Part shown: positions 57,664-64,000 of the stretch, piece by piece
Position numbering within the stretch: position 1 is the first letter of the stretch
Layout: each line of letters begins with the position of its first letter
Assembly: GCA_034429995.1 (NCBI GenBank)
Contig: DAOUEZ010000003.1
Location: 187 to 64,186, forward strand
Source of the DNA: Dehalococcoidia bacterium
GTDB taxonomy: Bacteria; Chloroflexota; Dehalococcoidia; SM23-28-2
Length of the DNA: 64,000 bases
Direction: 5' to 3'
Notes under the pieces: model-generated
Seen by the model: the letters and a program-made list of their open reading frames with translations, nothing else
Databases searched by the model: none
Told to the model about the DNA's origin: nothing
Translations under genes and position numbers: made by a program

Positions 57664-59127
57664 ATGGGGGAGTTAGCTAGCGTCGACCGCCTGGGGCCCG
57701 AGCTGATCCTGCTGGCCTTCGCCGGCATCATCGTGCTGACCGACCTGGTGGTGCAGCGCCGATGGCTGGTGGTGGGCAGCAGCCTGCTGGCGGTGGTTGG
57801 CTCCCTCCTGTGGGCGGGCACCCTGGTGGCCCGCGACATGCAAGGCAGCGCCTTCGACGGGCTGCTGGTGGTGGATGACTTCTCCCTGTTCTTCAACTTC
57901 CTCTTCGCTGGCATCACTGGGGTGGTCATCCTGGCCTCCATCGACTACAGCGAGCGGTTCAGCCGCTACCAGGCTGAGTACTATGCTCTCATCCTTGTCT
58001 CGGCGGCCGGCATGATGCTGATGGCTGCCACAGTCGACCTCATCGCTATTTTCATAGTCCTGGAGCTGACCAGTATCTCCCTGTACGTCTTGGTGGCCTT
58101 CCTTAAGGACGTGCGCTCCAGCGAGGCCGGCCTCAAGTATCTCCTCCTGGGTGCCCTGAGCACCGCTGTCACCCTGTACGGCATGGCCCTGCTCTTCGGC
58201 CTGTCGGGAAGCACCAGCCTGGCTGACATAGGGAACGTGGTGGCCGCGGCCAACGACGACACGCGGGCGGCGCTGGTGATGGCGATGGTCTTCCTGGCAG
58301 CGGGTTTGGGGTTCAAGATGGCGGTAGTGCCCTTCCAGATGTGGGTGCCCGACGTGTACGAGGGCGCCCCCACGCCGATCACGGCCTACCTGTCGGTGGG
58401 GAGCAAGGCAGCGGGCTTCGCGGTGGTGATGCGCATCTTCTTCGAGGCCCTGGGCGACCGGTTCATCAGCGGCGACTGGTCGAACATGTTCGCCGCCATC
58501 GCCGCCATCTCGATGAGCGTGGGCAACCTCGTGGCCGTCAGCCAGACCAACATCAAGCGGATGCTGGGGTACAGCTCCATCGCCCAGGCGGGGTATCTGC
58601 TGGTGGGCATCGCAGCCATCTCCGCTGCCGAAGGCGGGTTCAGCCTGGGGGCCAGCGGCGTCATCTTCTTCTTGGCGGCCTACTCCTTCACCAACCTGGG
58701 GGCCTTCATCGCCATCATCGCCATCTCCAACCGGATCAACAGCGACGAGATAGGCGACTACGGCGGCATGGCCCGACGGGCGCCCCTCTTGGCCCTGGGC
58801 CTCACTCTGTGCCTGGTATCTCTCACTGGCATCCCACCGACGGCGGGGTTCATCGCCAAGGTGTACATCTTCAATGCCGCCGTGCAGAGCGACCTGGTCT
58901 GGCTGGTGATCGTGGGCGTCCTCAACAGCGTGGTGTCCGCCTACTACTACCTGCGGGTGGTCCTCCAGATGTATCTGGAGGCGCCGCCGAGCGAGGAGCG
59001 CGTCTCTGCCGGGCCCTCCCTCGGCGTGGCGATGGCCATTGCCAGCGGCGGCATCCTGTTCATCGGCATCCTTCCCTTCCCCCTGCTGGAGGTCTCGGAG
59101 ACGGCGGCCAGGGTGTTCGGCAGCTAG
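57664..59127 (+). CDS. nuoN: NADH-quinone oxidoreductase subunit N
   Basis: Motif VPFQMWVPDVYEGAPTPITAYLSVGSK. Confidence 0.9.
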   Translation: MGELASVDRLGPELILLAFAGIIVLTDLVVQRRWLVVGSSLLAVVGSLLWAGTLVARDMQGSAFDGLLVVDDFSLFFNFLFAGITGVVILASIDYSERFSRYQAEYYALILVSAAGMMLMAATVDLIAIFIVLELTSISLYVLVAFLKDVRSSEAGLKYLLLGALSTAVTLYGMALLFGLSGSTSLADIGNVVAAANDDTRAALVMAMVFLAAGLGFKMAVVPFQMWVPDVYEGAPTPITAYLSVGSKAAGFAVVMRIFFEALGDRFISGDWSNMFAAIAAISMSVGNLVAVSQTNIKRMLGYSSIAQAGYLLVGIAAISAAEGGFSLGASGVIFFLAAYSFTNLGAFIAIIAISNRINSDEIGDYGGMARRAPLLALGLTLCLVSLTGIPPTAGFIAKVYIFNAAVQSDLVWLVIVGVLNSVVSAYYYLRVVLQMYLEAPPSEERVSAGPSLGVAMAIASGGILFIGILPFPLLEVSETAARVFGS

Positions 59128-59175
59128 GGGCTGGCCTTTGTTGAATCGCCAGCCAGCGGGTGCTAGCATGCCAGC

Positions 59176-59682
59176 ATGGCTGCCCGCCGACCCTCCCGTC
59201 CCGCTCAGCGCATAGAGGTGCAGGTTGCTCGGCCCTTCCGCTCGGCGCTGCGGGTGCCCTGGCTGAGGCGAATTGCCCGCCACGTCCTGGTGGCGGAGGG
59301 TGCTGGCCCCACCGAGCTGGGTGTAGTCATTAGCGACGAGGCCACTGTCCGCGAGCTGAACCGTCGCTATCTCGGCGTCGATCAGCCGACGGACGTTCTC
59401 TCCTTCGGCCTGGGCGAGAAGGGCGACGTGCCCTTTGCCCTCCCGCCGGGCGAGGCTGCCGCGCTGGGCGAGGTGATCATCTCCTATCCGACGGCCGTGC
59501 GCCAAGCCGAGGAGGAGGGCCACAGCGTGGAGGCCGAGGTGGCTCACCTGCTGGTGCATGGCATACTCCACCTGCTGGGCTACGACCACGTGGAGGCGGA
59601 AGACGAGCGGGGCATGCGGAGAAGGGAGCAGGAAATCCTGGCGGATCTGGAAGCGGCGCCTTTTGACAATGTTCGGCGCTAG
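59176..59682 (+). CDS. ybeY: rRNA maturation RNase YbeY
   Basis: Motif HLLVHGILHLLGYDH. Confidence 0.85.
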   Translation: MAARRPSRPAQRIEVQVARPFRSALRVPWLRRIARHVLVAEGAGPTELGVVISDEATVRELNRRYLGVDQPTDVLSFGLGEKGDVPFALPPGEAAALGEVIISYPTAVRQAEEEGHSVEAEVAHLLVHGILHLLGYDHVEAEDERGMRRREQEILADLEAAPFDNVRR

Positions 59683-59722
59683 TCTATAATGGCCTCGAGA
59701 TGTAGAGTTTTGCGGTGGTTTT

Positions 59723-61399
59723 TTGAGTAGCAGCAGTACTAGCAGCGAAGTCCTTTATCGTAAGTGGCGTCCCCAGTCGTTCTCTGAGCTGGTGGGCCAG
59801 GATCCCATCACCCAGACGGTGCGCAACTCGCTGGCCAGCGGTCGGGTGGCGCACGCGTACCTCTTCTGTGGCCCTCGTGGTACGGGCAAGACGAGCATGG
59901 GCCGCCTTTTGGCCAAGGCGGCGAACTGTCTCCAGCCGGCCGACGGCGAGCCCTGTAACACTTGCGACTCCTGCCGGGCCTACCTGGAGGGGCGGGCCAT
60001 GGACCTGGTGGAGATGGACGCCGCCAGCAATCGCGGCATCGACGAGATCCGCAAGCTGCGCGATCGGGTGGGCCTGGCGCCCATGGCTGGGCGGTACAAG
60101 GTGTACCTGGTGGACGAGGTGCACATGCTCACCGCCGAGGCCTACAATGCCCTCCTCAAGACGCTGGAGGAGCCGCCGCCACACATCATCTTCATCCTGG
60201 CCACCACCGAGGCGCACAAGGTGCCGGCCACCATCATCTCTCGCTGCCAGCGGTTCGACTTCCACCGCCTGCCACTGGCGGCGGTGGTCTCCCGCCTGGA
60301 GCACATCTGCCAGCAGGAGGGCATCCAGATAGAGGCGGCTGCCCTTCAGGAGATCGCTCGCAGCGCCAGCGGTAGCCTGCGGGACGCTATCAACCTGGTA
60401 GAGCAGCTTAGCAACTACTACGGCTCGTTGCCCAGCCTTGAGCAGGTGCGCGACTCGCTGGGCCTGACGGCGGATGTCCGCGGCCGCCAGTTGGTGCGCC
60501 ACGTCCTGGACAAAGACCTGTCGGCTGGGCTGAAGCTCATCGCTGCCGTGCGGGACGACGGCGTGGACATGCGCCAGTTTCAGCGAGAGGTGGTGAACTA
60601 CCTGCGGGCTCTGCTCGTGCTGAAGGCGGGCGCGGAGGACACGCTGGACCTGGCGGCGGAGGAGGTGGAGGAGATGCGTTCCCTCTCGGCTGCTGCTGCC
60701 AGCGAGGACGTCCTGCGAGCGCTGCGTGGCTTCGGCCAGGCCGACTTTCGCGACGATCCTCAGTCGTCGCTCCCTCTGGAGCTGGCTCTGGCCGATCATG
60801 TCCTGGGGCCGAGCACTGCCGCTCAGGTGGCAGCTGCGGAGGCGGAGCCGATCGTCCGGCCGCCTTTCCCGGCGGGCCGTCAGGCGGCGCCGCGGCAGCC
60901 GCCCAAGCTGCGGGCGCGCCTCCAGGAGAGCGGGAGGCAGGCCCCACAGCCCCCGAGGCCTGCTGCGCCATCGGCCGAGGGCGAGAGCCGACCGGTGGAG
61001 GCCGCTCCTGTGGCAGCAACGACGGCCGCCGATGACCTCCTGCAGCGCCTGCGCCGGGCGTGCAAGGAGGTGGATCATCGGGTGGCCGCTTACCTCAACG
61101 GAACCTGCGAGGTCAAGTCCCTGGAGAATGGTGTTCTCGTGCTGGCATTCTATCAGCAGTTTGGCCTCCACAAGGGGAAGATCGAGACACCGGACAGCCG
61201 CCGTGTCGTGGAAGAGGCAGCCTCGCGCCTTCTGGGCCAGACCATCACCCTAGAGTGTACGGTGGGCGAGCGCCAGAGGGCAGAAGGGAAGCCGTCGACG
61301 CGTGGGGGGCATCTGGTGCAGGCGGCTCGGCAAATGGGAGCACGGCCGGTTGTTGGCGGGAAGGGAGGTTCCAGTGGCGACCCGCGGAATGAAGCCTGA
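59723..61399 (+). CDS. dnaX: DNA polymerase III subunit gamma/tau
   Basis: AAA+ motifs (GPRGTGKTS, the LVDEVHML box, SRCQRF) and a C-terminal Pro/Ala-rich linker. Confidence 0.9.
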   Translation: MSSSSTSSEVLYRKWRPQSFSELVGQDPITQTVRNSLASGRVAHAYLFCGPRGTGKTSMGRLLAKAANCLQPADGEPCNTCDSCRAYLEGRAMDLVEMDAASNRGIDEIRKLRDRVGLAPMAGRYKVYLVDEVHMLTAEAYNALLKTLEEPPPHIIFILATTEAHKVPATIISRCQRFDFHRLPLAAVVSRLEHICQQEGIQIEAAALQEIARSASGSLRDAINLVEQLSNYYGSLPSLEQVRDSLGLTADVRGRQLVRHVLDKDLSAGLKLIAAVRDDGVDMRQFQREVVNYLRALLVLKAGAEDTLDLAAEEVEEMRSLSAAAASEDVLRALRGFGQADFRDDPQSSLPLELALADHVLGPSTAAQVAAAEAEPIVRPPFPAGRQAAPRQPPKLRARLQESGRQAPQPPRPAAPSAEGESRPVEAAPVAATTAADDLLQRLRRACKEVDHRVAAYLNGTCEVKSLENGVLVLAFYQQFGLHKGKIETPDSRRVVEEAASRLLGQTITLECTVGERQRAEGKPSTRGGHLVQAARQMGARPVVGGKGGSSGDPRNEA

Positions 61400-61694
61400 T
61401 ATGCTTCGCCAACTCCAGCAGATGCAGGCCCAGATCTCCAAGGCTCAGCAGGAAATCGAGGAGTCGACGGTGGAAGCGAGCGCCGGCGGGGGCGCGGTCA
61501 CTGTCGTGGTCAGCGGCCAGCCCAGAGTGCAGTCGGTCAAGATCGAGCCCGAGGCTGTTGACCCTGATGACGTGGAGATGCTGGAGGACCTGATCGCTGC
61601 CGCTCTCAACGAGGCCCTGGAGAAAGTGCGCACGATGCAGGCCGAGCGGTTCGGCTCTGTGGCCGGCGGCCTCGACATGGCCGGCCTAACTTAA
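61389..61694 (+). CDS. ybaB: Nucleoid-associated protein YbaB/EbfC
   Basis: MKPDMLRQLQQMQAQISKAQQEIEE...VTVVVSGQPRVQSVKIEPEAVDPDDVEMLEDLIAAALNEA. The start overlaps the dnaX 3' end by 11 nt. Confidence 0.85.
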   Translation: MKPDMLRQLQQMQAQISKAQQEIEESTVEASAGGGAVTVVVSGQPRVQSVKIEPEAVDPDDVEMLEDLIAAALNEALEKVRTMQAERFGSVAGGLDMAGLT

Positions 61695-61700
61695 CCCACA

Positions 61701-62312
61701 ATGGACGTCACTCCTTCCACCGCAGCGCCGGTGGTGAGGCTCATCGAGGAGTTGCACAAGCTCCCGGGCGTCGGCCCCAAGAGCGCCCAGCGCCTCACCT
61801 ACTATCTCCTGCGCGCCCCTCAGGAGGAGGCGAGGGCGCTGGCCGAGGCCATCCTGGAGGTCAAGGAGAAGATCACCTTTTGCTCCATCTGCCAGAACGT
61901 GACTGACCGCGATCCGTGCCTCATCTGCGCCAACCCGGAGAGGGATCCCTCGCTTATCTGTGTGGTGGAGGAGCCCCTGGACATCCTCGCCCTGGAGCGA
62001 ACCCGTAGCTACAACGGGCTCTACCATGTCCTCCACGGCGTGATCTCACCGATGGACGGCGTGGGGCCGGAGCACCTGAAGGTGGAGGAGCTCCTGGAGC
62101 GCTTGAAGGGGAGCTCGGTTCAGGAGGTAATCCTGGCGACCAATCCTAACCTGGAGGGCGAGGCCACCGCCATGTACCTCGGCGGCCTGCTGCGCCCCCT
62201 GGGCGTGCGGGTGACTCGCCTGGCGCGCGGCCTGCCCAGCGGCGCCGACCTGGAGTACGCCGACGACCTCACACTTACCCGCGCCCTGGAGGGGCGACAG
62301 GAGATGAGCTGA
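61701..62312 (+). CDS. recR: Recombination protein RecR
   Basis: HhH (LPGVGPKSAQRL), zinc finger (CSICQNVTDRDPCLIC) and Toprim domain. Confidence 0.9.
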   Translation: MDVTPSTAAPVVRLIEELHKLPGVGPKSAQRLTYYLLRAPQEEARALAEAILEVKEKITFCSICQNVTDRDPCLICANPERDPSLICVVEEPLDILALERTRSYNGLYHVLHGVISPMDGVGPEHLKVEELLERLKGSSVQEVILATNPNLEGEATAMYLGGLLRPLGVRVTRLARGLPSGADLEYADDLTLTRALEGRQEMS

Positions 62313-62321
62313 GCTTCGTGG

Positions 62322-63119
62322 GTGCTTCCTATGACGACGCCGCGCATCTACAAGACGGAAGCCATTGTCCTGCGCCAGCGTAAGCTGGGCGAGGCGGGCA
62401 AGATCGTCACCCTCTATACCCCCAACTACGGCAAGCTGGACGCCGTGGCCAAGGGGGTGCGCCGACCCAAGAGTCGCCTGGGTGGCCACCTGGAGGTGCT
62501 GACTCATACCACGGTCATGCTGGCCCAGGGACGCAATCTGGACATCGTCACCCAGGCCCAGACGGTGGAGAGCTTTGCACCCCTGCGGGCCGACCTGCAG
62601 CGCCTCAGCCGTGCTTTCTACGCTGCCGAGCTGGTGGACCGCTTCTCGCCCGAGGGAGCCGAGAGCTACCACGTCTTCCAGTTGCTGCTGGCGACCCTCC
62701 GTCGCCTGGCTGTGGCGAGGAACGTGGACACGGTCGTGCGCTACTTGGAGATGCAGCTCCTGGGGCTGTCGGGCTTTCAGCCCCAGCTCGCTCGCTGTGT
62801 GAACTGCGAACGGGCACTGGCAGCGACGCCTAATTACTTTAGCCCAACTGCCGGCGGTGTCCTTTGCCCCTCATGCGGGCCGGAGGCTGCTGGGTCGAGG
62901 ACGCTGTCGCTGAATGCGCTGAAGGTGATGCGGCTGCTTCAAAGCGGCAGCTTCGCCGAAGTGTCGCGGGTAAGGATGGGCCCTGCCCTGGCCCAGGAGG
63001 TCGAGATGCATTTGCGGGCCTACCTGATCCACATGCTGGAGCGAGATGTGCGGTCGGCCGCTTTCATCGACCGCCTGCGGCGGGAGGGCTTCTGGGAGCC
63101 GGCGGAGGTATCCAGCTAG
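62322..63119 (+). CDS. recO: DNA repair protein RecO
   Basis: N-terminal OB-fold (EAIVLRQRKLGEAGKIVTLYT) and a C-terminal zinc motif (CVNCER...CPSCGP). An alternative ATG start lies at 62331. Confidence 0.8.
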   Translation: MLPMTTPRIYKTEAIVLRQRKLGEAGKIVTLYTPNYGKLDAVAKGVRRPKSRLGGHLEVLTHTTVMLAQGRNLDIVTQAQTVESFAPLRADLQRLSRAFYAAELVDRFSPEGAESYHVFQLLLATLRRLAVARNVDTVVRYLEMQLLGLSGFQPQLARCVNCERALAATPNYFSPTAGGVLCPSCGPEAAGSRTLSLNALKVMRLLQSGSFAEVSRVRMGPALAQEVEMHLRAYLIHMLERDVRSAAFIDRLRREGFWEPAEVSS

Positions 63120-63133
63120 AAAGATACGGTTCT

Positions 63134-63406
63134 GTGCCTCTCTACGAATACTATTGCCAGCACTGCAACGGTGTCTTCGAGGCCCTACGGCCGATCGAAG
63201 AGGCTGGCCTTTCTGCGCCCTGTCCGTCCTGCCAGCGCGATGGACAGCGCATAATGTCTTCCTTCATGGCCTTCACCTACCGCGATGGCTACCCTCGTCG
63301 TATCCCTGACAAGGGCACCTACTGGCATCTGGGGAAGGAAGTGAAGACCCTGCCCAAGCGGATGCGGCACCACGAGCATCCCGAGCTGGCCGAGCCCGAC
63401 CGGTGA
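63134..63406 (+). CDS. FmdB-family zinc-ribbon protein
   Basis: GTG start. VPLYEYYCQHCNGVFE...CPSCQ is the FmdB CxxC...CxxC pattern. Confidence 0.65.
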   Translation: MPLYEYYCQHCNGVFEALRPIEEAGLSAPCPSCQRDGQRIMSSFMAFTYRDGYPRRIPDKGTYWHLGKEVKTLPKRMRHHEHPELAEPDR

Positions 63407-63558
63407 AGCGGCCGGGCAAGGGCGAAAGGGCGGAGCGAAAAGAGCGGGCGGTGGAGGAAAGTAAAGACAAGAAATACCGCAAGACGTGGGCTGCGAGCAA
63501 TAGAGGTTTGCCCACCCGCAAGTAGCCACGCGGCTCAGGCGCGGCCGGCTCCCTTCGT

Positions 63559-64000
63559 CTAGCTTCGGCGCTCCAAGACGTAGGCCACGATGTCTCGCAG
63601 GGTGCGGCGGGCAGGGTTCCGCGGCAGGGCCGTCAGTGCCTCCTCGGCTTCCTTGGCGAAGCCCTCCGCCATCTGGTACGACTCGCGGGGGATATCCGAC
63701 TGGTGGATCATCTCCACCGCTTGGCTGAGGTATTCCTGCCGCCGGCGGCGGGCGAACAGCTTTCGTATGGGGTTGTTCTTGGGGTAGCGGTCGAGCAGGA
63801 GCAGGGACGGCAGGGTCAGGGTGCCCTGGCTAAGGTCGCTGCCCACGGGCTTGCCCATCTCTTGCTCGTCGCCCACGAAATCGAGGATGTCGTCCACGAT
63901 CTGGAAAGCCATACCTAAGTTGTAGCCGTAGTGCTTGAGAGCTTCCACCCGGTCCTCGCTGGCCTCGGTCAGGAGGGCTCCACCCTGGCAGGTGGTGGCA
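63559..64000 (-). CDS. Polyprenyl diphosphate synthase, C-terminal part (5' end beyond window end)
   Basis: Second Asp-rich motif FQIVDDILD and a trans-isoprenyl diphosphate synthase C-terminal region. Confidence 0.75.
   Translation of the reverse strand, partial: ATTCQGGALLTEASEDRVEALKHYGYNLGMAFQIVDDILDFVGDEQEMGKPVGSDLSQGTLTLPSLLLLDRYPKNNPIRKLFARRRRQEYLSQAVEMIHQSDIPRESYQMAEGFAKEAEEALTALPRNPARRTLRDIVAYVLERRS

Noticed and set aside
63407-63558. Terminator hairpin between the FmdB gene and the polyprenyl synthase gene
   Set aside because: Only a weak 6-bp stem (GTGGGC/GCCCAC) with a 20-nt loop could be found. It is not convincing.

Overview
This is a high-GC (~65-70%) bacterial chromosomal segment. 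The gene content, and a family of structured hairpin repeats whose translation gives FDKLRA / LSNHER / RQAQDER-type peptides, suggest Chloroflexota (Thermomicrobia-like), at low confidence. No rRNA, tRNA or CRISPR was found.

Coding layout, low to high coordinate:
- Minus-strand operon mutS2 -> TPR protein -> cofD -> cofC -> nitroreductase (truncated at the window edge), with overlapping stop/start codons.
- A small GIY-YIG nuclease gene bracketed by hairpin repeats, sitting between a decayed and an intact copy of the mutS2 5' end.
- GNAT, a LigB/Memo-like+AMMECR1 fusion, and selA.
- serC-like/serA, convergent with a DUF1015 gene.
- HIT, rph, a TPR protein with a C-terminal restriction-endonuclease-like (Shedu/DUF4263-like) domain, then comEA-comEC.
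- A ~17 kb acyl-CoA catabolic island: aryl/acyl-CoA ligase, PaaI thioesterase, two orphan LivJ-type lipoprotein binding proteins, CoA-transferase A/B, acetoacetyl-CoA synthetase, a mirrored set of four SCP-x-type thiolases with three DUF35 proteins plus a thiolase-DUF35 fusion, and a crotonase.
- argF, cdaA-cdaR-der-plsY, HEAT/NUDIX/GNAT, a MaoC hydratase pair, PHP, ybaK, a class-III aminotransferase.
- A partial complex I operon (nuoA,C,D,H,J,K,L,M,N) with a DUF2007-like small ORF inserted between nuoK and nuoL.
- ybeY, dnaX-ybaB-recR, recO, an FmdB zinc ribbon, and a truncated polyprenyl synthase.

Most notable:
- A ~550 bp [hairpin repeats - GIY-YIG - hairpin repeats] cassette flanked by a ~100 bp duplication of the mutS2 start.
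- A hairpin-repeat family with a conserved loop and covarying stems at intercistronic sites.
- A TPR-nuclease fusion adjacent to the DNA-uptake genes.

The ORF track lists stop-inclusive coordinates and translates GTG/TTG starts as M. The many long antisense ORFs it reports inside real genes are GC-content artefacts.
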